Virus record (IMG/VR): IMGVR_UViG_3300033066_001283
Span: 86,264 to 150,263 of that record
Length of the DNA stretch: 64,000 nt
Source: a virus
Taxonomy: Duplodnaviria; Caudoviricetes
Direction: 5' to 3' (one strand)
Positions 19,843-30,610 of the stretch are shown here, one piece after another. The notes beneath the pieces are model-generated. The model had not been told where the DNA came from. It did not search any database and saw only the letters and a program-made list of their open reading frames with translations. Within the stretch, counting starts at the first letter, position 1. Each line of letters begins with the position of its first letter. A program made the position numbers and the translations under genes.

Positions 19843-21906
19843 TTACTTTTTCTCCTTGTTTACGCCTTTTTTGCTGCCGCGTGTTGCAGTATAACTATAC
19901 CAATCTGTCTTCCCAATCTTTTTCGCACCCTCTGAGGCAGTTTCCGTAGCGGCAACCGGGTTAGTTATTGTTTCTATGGGTGCAGATTCAACTGGCTCTT
20001 CTGTTTTAGTTGGCAAACTCTCAATAAATTTATTAAGAACTGCTGTTCCAAAAACACTATAAGCTTTCTCAGCTGAGTCAAATGTCTCTTTGTCAATTTT
20101 TAGTTTACGTACTAAGCCTGCTAAAGGCACCAAATACTTCTTAATTTGAGCCTGTGATTCCTTAAATCTATCTACAAAGTAGGAGATTGGGAGCTCAACA
20201 GGTGAAGTATCCTTACACTCTAGTAGAGGAGAATCTGAAGCCAATGCATTAGCATCTTCCATATACGTTTCTAAAAAGATCTTGAACGTTTCTTTCTGCT
20301 CATCAGTAAATGAATATGCTTCAGAAATTGTATCAATTGATTCAAGTAGAGCAGATGCATCTTCTTTTGAAGAAACTGTCTCAAAACTCAAATCCATATC
20401 TTCTATCACGATTGGGTAGTGAACAAGATTATCATTTTCTGCTCCTACACCAAATTTCTTAGCCCTACGTTTAATGCATGCTAAAATCTTGTCTTTGTCA
20501 TCACCTTTGTAACGACCAATTAATCTTAATGCTGCAACAGCGTGTGCTTTATCTGCAACAGGGAAAGATCTTCCAGGTCCACAGAAGACTGAATCAGGAA
20601 GAGCATCTCTACTCTTTGTTGAGAGCTTTGATTCTCCTTCCAAATCTTCTATATTGTAGAGCTCTGATAAAAGAACTAAATCATCTGGGTTAGAGATATT
20701 CCCTTCGTACGCATTAACTGCTAGATAGGCAGCTTCCCATGTAAAGTCTTCACACAATTCTACAGCTTTATCCTGTAGAGCTTTGAAGGCTTCTAGATCT
20801 TCTACTTGATAATCAAACTCATCATTTAAGAGGGCTTCAACAATACTTTTAGTTTTCTCGTTGGGTGACTGAGCTTTCAATGTTTCTGATAAAACATCTA
20901 GAAAATCCTCATTATCCTTCTTTAATTTCAAGAGCTCATCAAGGTTTTTAATATTATCTATCTTCATTGTAACCTCATTTGCACTTTCAGTAACAGAGAC
21001 TCCTTTAGATTCTCCGCTAACAAACCAATAACTATTCACCTGGCAGGAATCAATCATGTAAGATTCATCCACTGCAGCGTAGTCCAAATCTACTGATACC
21101 TTCTCCTGTGTTTTTGCATCAAAGAAGCTAAATTCTTTCTTACCAAGTTTCTTCTCAGCAAGAAGAAGTTTAATTCCCTCTTCACCAACATCAGGATTTA
21201 CAGTATGAGCATATTCATCTGATGGAATATTTACATAGCTGCATTCTCTACCAGTAACATCTCCCATAACCCAATATGAGAGTTTGCCTTCATATAGCTG
21301 ACCTCTCTCATATGGAGGTAATTCTTTTCCTTGCCTCCGAAGCTCAGCAATATTTTGCCCAGAAATAGATTCTTTTACATTCTCAACATTAGATCCAATG
21401 GAAACTGTATGGAAAGCTCTTCCTAAGATTCTGGTAATTGCATCTGATTCTGTAACGCCAGCAACCACATACATACTTCCATCTCCTTCTAAGTAACCTG
21501 GAATGTAGCTCTTATGTGGAGCATTTCTTGGAGCGTCAACACCCTCTTTATACTTCCTAAAGCCACTAGCTATAATTCTTCCAATAGGAGGTTCAGCATT
21601 TGTAGAACCGAATAGTCCTTGGGAGTCACTAGATCTATGTTCAGTTAGAATAGGCTTACCATAAGGTAGAACGAATGAGGAATATCCTGTAGGATTCCCA
21701 GTCTTATTTTTACCAATTAAACTTTCCGCTGGGTAAAAAGTATAATTTCTTGTTAGCCTACCACTATTAATAGCCTTAATTAGTGGGTAGATTGCTCTAA
21801 CTCCACTTATTTTGAGATCCGAAACCATGGCTTCTGTAATTGGTTTCGAGAAATCTTCAATTATAGGGTTTTCTACTAAGAGTGTGGCTCTTTCGACAAT
21901 AAACAT
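19843..21906 (-). CDS. Prohead protease/scaffold
   Basis: YGKPILTEH, PIGRI, FHTVSIG, ECSYVNIPSD protease motifs; acidic scaffold C-terminus; internal RDALPDSVFCGPGRSFPVADKAHAVAAL module. Confidence 0.8.
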   Translation of the reverse strand: MFIVERATLLVENPIIEDFSKPITEAMVSDLKISGVRAIYPLIKAINSGRLTRNYTFYPAESLIGKNKTGNPTGYSSFVLPYGKPILTEHRSSDSQGLFGSTNAEPPIGRIIASGFRKYKEGVDAPRNAPHKSYIPGYLEGDGSMYVVAGVTESDAITRILGRAFHTVSIGSNVENVKESISGQNIAELRRQGKELPPYERGQLYEGKLSYWVMGDVTGRECSYVNIPSDEYAHTVNPDVGEEGIKLLLAEKKLGKKEFSFFDAKTQEKVSVDLDYAAVDESYMIDSCQVNSYWFVSGESKGVSVTESANEVTMKIDNIKNLDELLKLKKDNEDFLDVLSETLKAQSPNEKTKSIVEALLNDEFDYQVEDLEAFKALQDKAVELCEDFTWEAAYLAVNAYEGNISNPDDLVLLSELYNIEDLEGESKLSTKSRDALPDSVFCGPGRSFPVADKAHAVAALRLIGRYKGDDKDKILACIKRRAKKFGVGAENDNLVHYPIVIEDMDLSFETVSSKEDASALLESIDTISEAYSFTDEQKETFKIFLETYMEDANALASDSPLLECKDTSPVELPISYFVDRFKESQAQIKKYLVPLAGLVRKLKIDKETFDSAEKAYSVFGTAVLNKFIESLPTKTEEPVESAPIETITNPVAATETASEGAKKIGKTDWYSYTATRGSKKGVNKEKK

Positions 21907-21910
21907 TTAA

Positions 21911-22162
21911 TTACTCCTTTGGATTCGCCTTATCCTCATTATCAACTAGAGCAGCCTTCTTTGCAGCTAAGAAGCTGAAGATGTCATTTACTGATCCACC
22001 TAATGCTCCATAAACAGCCATACACACTAAAAATAATGTGGCATATGCTCCAAAATTAATTACTGAGGTTGCAACTAATCCTGCTATAAATGCAAAGACT
22101 GCATTTAATAACACTTTCTTTATATGAATTAAGACGTTAAAAGTATCCATTTTAAAATCCAA
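21911..22162 (-). CDS. Small two-TM membrane protein (holin-like)
   Basis: Two hydrophobic helices, charged C-terminus. Confidence 0.4.
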   Translation of the reverse strand: MDFKMDTFNVLIHIKKVLLNAVFAFIAGLVATSVINFGAYATLFLVCMAVYGALGGSVNDIFSFLAAKKAALVDNEDKANPKE

Positions 22163-22532
22163 AATATTTCTTAACTAGCTCCCAAGCAATGGTTAACCCA
22201 GTTCCAAATGCGGCAACCCATAATAGAAATCTTGATTTCTGATCCTCTTCAACTTTTTTATCATCTTTAGACTGATGAGTTTCAAGCAGAGCAACCTTAT
22301 TACCAAGCTCTTCTTCTATCTTGTTCAGTTTAACACATGTAGCTTCTAAAGCTTCAAGTGTTTTTTGAGCACTTAGTAAGGTGCTATCAATTCTGGTAAC
22401 AGCACCTTCAATCTTAATTATTCGTTCAACAAACTGGTTTAGTTGCGTGTCGTGCTCGTCTAAGAGTCTTAACACCATCTTCTGATACTCTATCCAGGTT
22501 CCGTTCTCCATTCTCTTGACTCCTTGTGTCAA
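22152..22532 (-). CDS. Coiled-coil protein with C-terminal TM helix
   Basis: Heptad-rich body, FLLWVAAFGTGLTIAWELV anchor. Confidence 0.45.
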   Translation of the reverse strand: MTQGVKRMENGTWIEYQKMVLRLLDEHDTQLNQFVERIIKIEGAVTRIDSTLLSAQKTLEALEATCVKLNKIEEELGNKVALLETHQSKDDKKVEEDQKSRFLLWVAAFGTGLTIAWELVKKYFGF

Positions 22533-22579
22533 CAGGGGTTAGGGGAACATTTTCTCTCTCTAAATACTCGAACATCTCT

Positions 22580-24190
22580 TTAATCTTGTCTATTAGTGTC
22601 ATTTGCACTCTCCATGACAAGAGCTACTATTGCTTCTTCATCACCTAGTAGCTCTTCAATATTATCCCTATACTCTGAGAGATCAATTCCCATTCTCTGA
22701 TTGATTAAGAACAAAAAGTCGTCAATATGCTCGTCCGATGTGGGAACATATTGGCGAACTTCTTTAGCTGAAGGCTTTGCCTTGATCTGTTGAACTTTAC
22801 CTTTAGTTTCATGATCCAGCTCTGCCTTCTTTATCTTATTCAAATAGAGCTCAGATTCAACAGGTTTCTTCTTTAATTTGCCAAACTGCCGCGCCTCCCC
22901 ATGGTCCATCATATTCATATTAAATTGCTGGGCGGCATGTGTTTGTAGCTTAATTAAAGCATCCTGGTCAATGTCTTCAAATACTAACTTAACTTTATGG
23001 GCTGGATTTGTATATGGATCAAATCGACCTTCCCATAGAATCTCATTTAGTATGAAGAACTCTATCTCTCTTGAGAGCTCTTCTTGACAAAATCTGACTT
23101 TGGTCATTAATATTTCCTGACCTGCTTGCGCAGCTCCAATAGACATACTACCAATACCCATTACGGCTTGGGAGACACCTAAACCAGAGAACGCACGATC
23201 AAGGAAATATCTTAAGTAACCTTCAAGTCGGAGAGCTTGGGACTCTGCACCGACTGCTTTAATTTCTGAATTACCACCAGTAATAATAACACCAGTAGGA
23301 TCAGCTCTACGATGAAGGACGTACGCCTGATCAATTTCAGATTGGATTCCTGCTTGTGGAGAAGCAGAACGAAGAATCTTGTGATGGATAATTGGGTTTG
23401 CAAACTTCTTAGACATAATCGCAGTAGTTTGCTCCATAGTTCTGAGAAGAGCAATATCTTCTAGAGAGGGTAGTGTAAGTCCAACACCCCAGTTACTATC
23501 AGCACCTTTCTTATATGCAATTTGTACTACATCTGGGCCTGATAAGAATACTCTTTCTTTAACTTCACTTGGGGGATTAGGAACTGTAATTAATGCATTT
23601 GCTGGGTTTAATTTCTGTGCATTAGGAAGTACTAAATCTAGTTTCTTCTCTTGTGTTCCTACAGCAAACTTCCATCCTAGAAATGATCCTTCTGGATCTG
23701 CTGCCACATCTAATCTATCAGCACTTATTAGTGAAAATCCTGATAAGGAGTAGGGGCGATTAGAGTACAATGGTCGAAATCCTGACTTCTCTAATCCTCC
23801 TCTCAACTTAACTACAAAAGCATTTCCAGTTTTAAAATATTCAGTAATAAGTCTTGTAAGGAATGTCTTCCAATATTCTCCAGTGTGAAGGCTCATTGTG
23901 TTCAATCTATCTTCTAGATATTTAACACACTTAGGATCACCTTCAAATGAGAACGCTTTAAAATTCTCAGCATACTTATCTACCGCTTGCCTAATTAAGC
24001 CGTCAATATTATAGGCAGAGCCAGATTTCTTTATCAGATTTCTTAACTGTAAATCTCTTCTAGTAGAGTATGATAATTCGGGTCTGATTGTTGCTTCGGT
24101 AGGAGATACAACTTTGCTAACTACCTCTTCATAGGTATTCTTAGAGCTCACAGATGTGAACCCGGTGGCGCTAGCTATTTGGTTGCTCAT
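22580..24190 (-). CDS. Portal protein
   Basis: 536 aa between terminase and protease; EYFKTGNAFVVK, NWGVGLTLPSLEDI, GLGVSQAVMG. Confidence 0.8.
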   Translation of the reverse strand: MSNQIASATGFTSVSSKNTYEEVVSKVVSPTEATIRPELSYSTRRDLQLRNLIKKSGSAYNIDGLIRQAVDKYAENFKAFSFEGDPKCVKYLEDRLNTMSLHTGEYWKTFLTRLITEYFKTGNAFVVKLRGGLEKSGFRPLYSNRPYSLSGFSLISADRLDVAADPEGSFLGWKFAVGTQEKKLDLVLPNAQKLNPANALITVPNPPSEVKERVFLSGPDVVQIAYKKGADSNWGVGLTLPSLEDIALLRTMEQTTAIMSKKFANPIIHHKILRSASPQAGIQSEIDQAYVLHRRADPTGVIITGGNSEIKAVGAESQALRLEGYLRYFLDRAFSGLGVSQAVMGIGSMSIGAAQAGQEILMTKVRFCQEELSREIEFFILNEILWEGRFDPYTNPAHKVKLVFEDIDQDALIKLQTHAAQQFNMNMMDHGEARQFGKLKKKPVESELYLNKIKKAELDHETKGKVQQIKAKPSAKEVRQYVPTSDEHIDDFLFLINQRMGIDLSEYRDNIEELLGDEEAIVALVMESANDTNRQD

Positions 24191-24665
24191 TAATTATCTC
24201 CTTAAATCTACTATATAGATCCATATGATTCACAGAATGCTCCCACAGAATGAGGAACAACTTGGGGTCCCTAGCCTCACCGTATGTCGTCAATAAAGGA
24301 ATATTTTCCTTGTACAGAGAAAGTCTGCCTTGCTCTTTTTCCCATACTTGCCGAGGGACCCCACGCAACTCAGCTGTTTCCCAGCTAGCAGTTTCAATAC
24401 CACCAACGTAAACAAATAGAGGGTGTTCAGGAAGTACAAAGTGAAATAGAGGTAACTCACCATTCTCTAGTTCAAAGTAGTTAATTCTAAACTGTCCCTC
24501 TATAATAACCTTATTTAACCAACTAGGATTTAAATCTGGTAGAGTACTATGAAGAAAATCCCTAACAGATTCTAGCCTAGCAATATGTTCAGTATTGTTA
24601 TATGATTTAAGTAATCTAGTAGCAAACTTTAATAGTCTTATTGCTAATCTATGTATAAACTTCAT
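24171..24665 (-). CDS. Hypothetical protein
   Basis: ORF in morphogenesis operon, overlapping neighbours. Confidence 0.5.
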   Translation of the reverse strand: MKFIHRLAIRLLKFATRLLKSYNNTEHIARLESVRDFLHSTLPDLNPSWLNKVIIEGQFRINYFELENGELPLFHFVLPEHPLFVYVGGIETASWETAELRGVPRQVWEKEQGRLSLYKENIPLLTTYGEARDPKLFLILWEHSVNHMDLYSRFKEIINEQPNS

Positions 24666-25942
24666 GCATTGCCAGTATTAATATTGTCTTTTATTGTAAG
24701 TACTTTCTTAACAAAATCTGCCTTAGGTGGTGAAGGTTTCGCTAGTTTTTGATTTAAGAATATCTTTAATCCATTTGAAAGTAACTGGAGTGTTTCTTCT
24801 TTAAGCTGATTTTCTAATGTTCCACCACTAGACTGAAGCAAATAATCTATCATATAGATGTATTGCTTAGTCATTGCATTCTTTTTAGTGTTCAATAGTT
24901 GAAGTTGTCTATCTTCACCAATCTTCTTAAAGTATCCTTCTTTGTATACTAAATCTGCTTCACTAGTTTGAAGTGCACTAACTATTGATCTTAATAACTG
25001 ACTAGAGAATTCTGTGTAATCTTTATTGATATCTACGTCTCCAGATGAGTTTAGAATACTCTCAAACAGTTCTAGATCTCTCATTGTCTTTGATGAGAAA
25101 CCACCAACTATTGCATTATTATATGTAGAGAATAGTTTAGAATATGCTTTAGATAGGTAATTATTAAATACGTTAGATAGAGATACCTTCAATGTTTTAA
25201 AGTTATCAGTATTTAAAAGAAGTGAAGATTGAAGCAAGGTTCTCATTTGTAAAAGAGCTTTATTAACTTGTACTCCACTATCATAGTTATAACTTAGTGA
25301 TCTATACAAATCACCTGTAAATCGATTAACAAAACTATCACTAACCTTCTGTAGTACGTTCTTCTGAATGGAAGATATTTGGGAGTCTAGTATTCCGATA
25401 TACTGTCTCTCCTTGAATAGTGAATATCTTACTACAGGATTTGAGGTTTCAAAATCTGAATAAAGATTATTGTCAGCAAGTACTTCTCTCCAAATCGTGT
25501 CCAAGTTAAGCTTGGTTAATCCTAATTCTGACTTCAAATCATAGAGATCAGAAACTAATGGGGCCCTAGGATCTGGAATTCTAGCATACACTTCTGATTC
25601 AATAGCTAATATCAATTTGGGGCTATAAACTACAACAGGTGTATAATTAGGATCAGCCAGTTTAAATGCGTCAAAGTAGTTAGCTTTAACCATTTCTAGA
25701 TATGCTGTGAATACTTGATCATCAGATACATGGGAGATTTCTTCAATAGCTTTATCAGCATTCTGCATTGCATTATCAGCTAGTGCAGAGATATCTTCTA
25801 GAAGAACTGGTAAAGGGGTATCTTGTGAGGTGTCTAAAGCAGAATAATCTATAGGGGGTATAGATTCAGGTGAAAGATTGCCTTCTTCAGGGTCAACTAC
25901 TTTCTCAATTTTACGCTGTTCAAAATATTTCCCTAAACTCAT
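24662..25942 (-). CDS. Hypothetical helical protein
   Basis: 426-aa ORF between terminase and portal. Confidence 0.55.
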   Translation of the reverse strand: MSLGKYFEQRKIEKVVDPEEGNLSPESIPPIDYSALDTSQDTPLPVLLEDISALADNAMQNADKAIEEISHVSDDQVFTAYLEMVKANYFDAFKLADPNYTPVVVYSPKLILAIESEVYARIPDPRAPLVSDLYDLKSELGLTKLNLDTIWREVLADNNLYSDFETSNPVVRYSLFKERQYIGILDSQISSIQKNVLQKVSDSFVNRFTGDLYRSLSYNYDSGVQVNKALLQMRTLLQSSLLLNTDNFKTLKVSLSNVFNNYLSKAYSKLFSTYNNAIVGGFSSKTMRDLELFESILNSSGDVDINKDYTEFSSQLLRSIVSALQTSEADLVYKEGYFKKIGEDRQLQLLNTKKNAMTKQYIYMIDYLLQSSGGTLENQLKEETLQLLSNGLKIFLNQKLAKPSPPKADFVKKVLTIKDNINTGNA

Positions 25943-28274
25943 CTCTACCTCCTAGTTCTGTTCTATATACACCAGCCCCTGGTATTTCAGTTCTAAAAGT
26001 TTCTACTTGATTCCAGAAACCTTCAATTTGTGGTTCATTTACCACATTGATCTCATCGGCACTTATTCTATGTAGAAAATTATTCCTAGCTACAAATCTC
26101 TTATCTAGTTCATTCTCAAATAAGTACCAAATTCCGTACATAGAGAATAGAGCACAGTCAACAATATGTTCACGGTTGGAAGAGAATCTAGTATATTTCT
26201 CAGTTCTATGTACAACTCTATAAGTTAATAATTGCTCTTTCAATTCTTGATCAGAATTGGGGAATAGAACCTTTCCTTCTTGGAACTTCTTCTGAAGCTG
26301 GCCAACCAAGAATTCCTTCAGCATCTTCTTCTCTTCCATTCCAGTCATAGGATTAAGAACAAGTTCAACTTCATTGAATTGCTTCTTCATAAACATATGA
26401 GCAGGGAATCCTCTCTTCTCTCCTTCTATGAATAAATATTCCCACTGGAATTGACCCATTCCGCCATCTGAGATACAAATATCTATCTGGTATTCATATG
26501 CTAAATCTAAGGCTAACTGACAAGCATTATGGAATGTAAAATCTCCTCTTGGTACTTCTTCTCTATATATGAGAACCATTTCACCTGTATTTTGATTATA
26601 CTGAAAGATGACAATGTTAGTTCCAGCTTGAGCTTTATCCCAATCTATACCCATGATCCTAATTAGATCAGTATTAACTAAGTGTGAACCATACTCCCAA
26701 TCATCTTCAGAAGCTCGTTCAACATCAGCAGCTCTAAATACAGCAGTCTCTTCATCACCAAACTTAAGTAAATATTCAGTCTGGAATTGGTAGGCTGGTG
26801 TAACTGCTCTAATCTGCTCAATTTCTTCTTCACTGTAATCAGGATTAGTATCAATAGGTGCAAATACTTTAGTTTCTGCTACAGGATCAAGTGTGTTTTT
26901 AAATATCTTCTCATAGTAGAGACCAGCAGGAATTCGTACAGTTCCAACAATATAATTTCTAATTCTTGGAGCACGATATTTATCACCATTCATCATAGGT
27001 GAAATAACAGACCATCCATCCTCATTAATCTCTTGAGCTTCTTCAACAAAGATATAATCAGGTGAAAGACCTCTAATCTTAGGTCCTACAATATAACCTT
27101 TAATTTTACTTCCATTAGTGAAAGTTCTAGTAGGTGGAGTTTTAGTATTACCTACTGCTGATCTGATTGATTGGAGAATAGGATTAGCTCCAATCCAGTT
27201 ATCTAAAACATCAAACCACTCTGTAAGCTGTGCCTCAGAGGCACCAAATACTGCAATATCCCTGTTAGGTTCAGTAAGAACATGCCATAAAGCTAATACA
27301 GTTAACGCATAACTATTGTGTAAGACTGTGTTTGTACCAAGGAAATTATGGTCTTCATGCTCTACTGATAAATCATAAACATCCTGTAGACCAGTATGCC
27401 ACATCTCAGTTATCAGTTCCCATCTCCTAGGTCCTCTAACATCTAAGATTTGTGTTTCAATTCCAACTAAATTAAGGAATTGGTTCTGATCAATTACATT
27501 GTCTATGAATAAATTGCCATCTTCATCTACTCTTGATTCTACACCGAATCTTAGAATTAGATGCTGTAAATCAAATGCTAGTAGTCTGTTCCAGAGTAGA
27601 AATCCAACTTCTTTATCTTCTCTAAAGATTCTACCATCTTCTACCCATAATTCTCGTATGAAAGATCTTAAGCATTCTCTAGTTAAGCTAAATACCACAT
27701 CAGGAATGAATTTCCAGTCCATTACTATTGAAACTAAATCTCTTGTTTCATCTAGTGTTTTAACATTCTCACCAAAGACTGGAATAGTAGTTGGAGCAAG
27801 AATATAATCTCCAACTCTAAGTTCTTCTGCTTTAATCCACCCTTTCTTAGCTTCAAATACATTATGATCAGTAGAAAGTGAAATATTATTTCCAGTTCCT
27901 AATTTAAGCTTTAAACATTTCTTCTTACCTGAATCAAACCACTCACAATCAGCCCAAATTAGTTCATTCTTATCGAAATCAAAACATAATGTCTTATTAA
28001 AGCTAGATGCTGATGCAATGGGGACTGGTCTTAGGGTGGTTGGGTGTATAACTAAAGTATCGCCTGCTACACATTTTCCAACACGTCGTGAAGCACAAAT
28101 ATAGGTAAATTTCTTCTTTGTGCTCATAATTTTCTTCTGAACCCAGTTAGCTTCAAATGGAGCTTTTGTTTGTGGCTCAACCAAGAATGTTTCTGCCCAG
28201 GTTACAGGGTTTTGAATGATCTTAGCCAGTTTTCTTCTTTGCTCTGGCGTAAGTTCACTAAGATCTTCTATCAT
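25920..28274 (-). CDS. terL: Terminase large subunit, intein-interrupted
   Basis: Walker A ASRRVGK|S after splicing, IRGLSPDYIFVEEAQ Walker B, MGIDWD nuclease motif, EHIVDCA. Confidence 0.9.
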   Translation of the reverse strand: MIEDLSELTPEQRRKLAKIIQNPVTWAETFLVEPQTKAPFEANWVQKKIMSTKKKFTYICASRRVGKCVAGDTLVIHPTTLRPVPIASASSFNKTLCFDFDKNELIWADCEWFDSGKKKCLKLKLGTGNNISLSTDHNVFEAKKGWIKAEELRVGDYILAPTTIPVFGENVKTLDETRDLVSIVMDWKFIPDVVFSLTRECLRSFIRELWVEDGRIFREDKEVGFLLWNRLLAFDLQHLILRFGVESRVDEDGNLFIDNVIDQNQFLNLVGIETQILDVRGPRRWELITEMWHTGLQDVYDLSVEHEDHNFLGTNTVLHNSYALTVLALWHVLTEPNRDIAVFGASEAQLTEWFDVLDNWIGANPILQSIRSAVGNTKTPPTRTFTNGSKIKGYIVGPKIRGLSPDYIFVEEAQEINEDGWSVISPMMNGDKYRAPRIRNYIVGTVRIPAGLYYEKIFKNTLDPVAETKVFAPIDTNPDYSEEEIEQIRAVTPAYQFQTEYLLKFGDEETAVFRAADVERASEDDWEYGSHLVNTDLIRIMGIDWDKAQAGTNIVIFQYNQNTGEMVLIYREEVPRGDFTFHNACQLALDLAYEYQIDICISDGGMGQFQWEYLFIEGEKRGFPAHMFMKKQFNEVELVLNPMTGMEEKKMLKEFLVGQLQKKFQEGKVLFPNSDQELKEQLLTYRVVHRTEKYTRFSSNREHIVDCALFSMYGIWYLFENELDKRFVARNNFLHRISADEINVVNEPQIEGFWNQVETFRTEIPGAGVYRTELGGRDEFREIF
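27315..28073 (-). mobile_element. Intein (253 aa) in terminase P-loop with reduced endonuclease domain
   Basis: GK|CVAGDTLV ... STDHNVF ... VYDLSVEHEDHNFLGTNTVLHN|S; only one LAGLIDADG-like motif (RELWVEDG) visible. Confidence 0.92.
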
Positions 28275-28277
28275 ATT

Positions 28278-28724
28278 TTATCTTGCTAAATAGCGTGCTG
28301 CGTACATTTGAGCTTCATTTCCAGTTGAAGCGTACGCATCTCCAACTCTAGATCTTGCATACTGTAGTGCTGTAAATGCTTGATCCATAGGCAATGTAGA
28401 ATGTGTAAATGGCACAGCAGCCATAATTCTTTGGTCTTGGGAGCTTCTATACGCGTGGAGTGTTCCTACCATACCTCTTCTAATTGCAGGTGACATTGCT
28501 AACAATCCCGCAGTAGCATTTTGCAGCCAAGGAGCTTTTATTCCGCTAGCTAAATACCATGTACCTAATTGAAGACCAAGCAAATGCATTTTCTCATGAG
28601 GAGATACACCCGGTGTTAGCATAGTAACTGCAGCACCGAATGCTTGGAACTTTAAAGCACTCGCAATAGTATGACTCTTAGTATTTGTAGCAGCTTTAAA
28701 AGCGCGATCAAACCATGAGTTCAT
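28278..28724 (-). CDS. Hypothetical Ala-rich protein (possible internal virion protein)
   Basis: ORF; composition. Confidence 0.4.
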   Translation of the reverse strand: MNSWFDRAFKAATNTKSHTIASALKFQAFGAAVTMLTPGVSPHEKMHLLGLQLGTWYLASGIKAPWLQNATAGLLAMSPAIRRGMVGTLHAYRSSQDQRIMAAVPFTHSTLPMDQAFTALQYARSRVGDAYASTGNEAQMYAARYLAR

Positions 28725-29420
28725 TTATCCCCTCAACCATTTGGCAGCTTTTATAAGTCCACTTCCAAGTTTTCCAAATTCTTTAAGTTTTCCATTATTA
28801 ATAGCAATTCTCTCAGCATTACGGATTGAAGCTCCCATATTACCTATCCTTCTAGCCCCCCATCCAACAGCTTTATTAAAGTGATCATTCATTAACCCTT
28901 CTCCCATAGCAAGTTGATAAGAAGTGATACCAGCACCAACAGCAAACGCACCATTTGCAAGAGCAGAACCTATTCTACCATTCTGAAGAGCTGAGTAAGC
29001 ATTTCCAGCAGCATTTACACCTATTAGTCCAGATAAAGCTGCACCACCGTATCTTAGAGAACTATTACCTGCTCCAAATCCGCCTCTTCTTTTAGCTGTA
29101 TTTGCTGCCCCTGCTACCCCCGCTGCTCGTCTTGCAGTCCCTGCTGAAGGTGGTTCCCATCTAACTAGATTAATTCCTCTTTCGCCACGAGCACCGTACT
29201 CTCTCCAATCTACATACCCTCCAGTAGCCACACCATGTTTAGCATTAAATTTTGCTCTATTCAAATTTGCTTGTGCGTGAGTGGATACACCAAATGATAC
29301 TTTGGGAGATATTTGAGAGGGAGGCAATGTCGAATTTAGAGCTGTTCCAAGAAGAGATCGTCTTCCCGGAGTCCCTATTTCTCGCCCGTATCCTAAACTC
29401 CTTTTTCCTAATCTTGCCAT
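28725..29420 (-). CDS. Gly/Ala/Arg-rich protein (possible ejection protein)
   Basis: AGGAG RBS; GA-rich hydrophobic segments. Confidence 0.4.
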   Translation of the reverse strand: MARLGKRSLGYGREIGTPGRRSLLGTALNSTLPPSQISPKVSFGVSTHAQANLNRAKFNAKHGVATGGYVDWREYGARGERGINLVRWEPPSAGTARRAAGVAGAANTAKRRGGFGAGNSSLRYGGAALSGLIGVNAAGNAYSALQNGRIGSALANGAFAVGAGITSYQLAMGEGLMNDHFNKAVGWGARRIGNMGASIRNAERIAINNGKLKEFGKLGSGLIKAAKWLRG

Positions 29421-29449
29421 TTATTTCTCCTCATACTTAAATAGAGTCA

Positions 29450-30610
29450 TTAGAATAGGTGTGGTAAAACCCTTGCAATATCATCACCAGATAGATTTAA
29501 ATCGGAATTTGATCCTAAAATGGTTGATCCATACCTACCACCAGTTCCCATATCATTTCTGTGGTGCATATGTAGACCATCAAAGAACATTGTTGGTGGT
29601 GGAGCAGCTGGTGAAATAGCTTCATGAATCATCTGACCTGCACCTAAAAGAAGATTACCAGCAATTAACCTTCTAGCTATTCTAGGATTAGGTGCAATTC
29701 TTCTAAAATCGTGTTTATCTAATTTCTGAGAGTTAAAATGAGGGAACCAGTCATCTAATGGTGTTTTTCCATTACCAAAGAAGCTTTTAGTTAGTAGACC
29801 TCTAGATAATCCTTCAACATCCTTCAGTACTTGTGCACCAATCCCCACACCAGTCATTGCAGCATGCATTGCCACATTTCCTAAGCCTACAGGTCCACCC
29901 ATTCTACCTAAAATACGTGCTGGAATAGCTGTTGCTTTTCTTTCAATCCAACCAGCTGCTGCTAACCCTTTTTTGCCAATGCTATAGGCCTTATACCTTC
30001 CAACCATATTCCCATCTCTACTAGACTGGGAAGTTATCCATTCTTGGTACCCTTTAGTTTTACGGAGTTCTCTATCTTTCCTCCATTTATACGCAGCTTT
30101 AGGGTCTAATAATCGCTCCTCTTCAGCTGTAGTAAGCCTATTTACCTCTTTTTCCATCTCATCTGGAGAGATGATAGTACCTCCTGACTTAGCAGCTTCT
30201 AAATTAGCCTTTTTTGTTCTTCTTACATACGCATGTGAGTCTCCTGCCATAGCTGCCCTTCTTTCAGCATATTTTGCATATAAAGGATCGTTCCTAATTA
30301 TTCGTTTTCCATGTCGTATAGGTTCAGTAAGTTTAGTTGCTGCATAAATACTTCCCCCAAGTATTAAAGCATCTAATCCATATCCTAAGGGCCCTAACGC
30401 ACCCGCAGCTCCTGCAAGACCGCCAGCAAATTGGTGCGAGCCAAACCATGCAGCCCCAGCAATCCCTACGCCAATTCCTCCCCAAGCAAGAGCGTTAGCA
30501 GTAGTTCCTGTTAATCTATCTTCCCACATTGAAGCAGTAGAACCAACGGGATTATTAAAGGCACTTTTAATTCTATCAGCTCTATATCTAAGCTCATCCA
30601 TTATATTCAT
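29450..30610 (-). CDS. Gly/Ala-rich protein with hydrophobic segments (possible ejection protein)
   Basis: Composition; position near terminase and DFDGD gene. Confidence 0.4.
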   Translation of the reverse strand: MNIMDELRYRADRIKSAFNNPVGSTASMWEDRLTGTTANALAWGGIGVGIAGAAWFGSHQFAGGLAGAAGALGPLGYGLDALILGGSIYAATKLTEPIRHGKRIIRNDPLYAKYAERRAAMAGDSHAYVRRTKKANLEAAKSGGTIISPDEMEKEVNRLTTAEEERLLDPKAAYKWRKDRELRKTKGYQEWITSQSSRDGNMVGRYKAYSIGKKGLAAAGWIERKATAIPARILGRMGGPVGLGNVAMHAAMTGVGIGAQVLKDVEGLSRGLLTKSFFGNGKTPLDDWFPHFNSQKLDKHDFRRIAPNPRIARRLIAGNLLLGAGQMIHEAISPAAPPPTMFFDGLHMHHRNDMGTGGRYGSTILGSNSDLNLSGDDIARVLPHLF

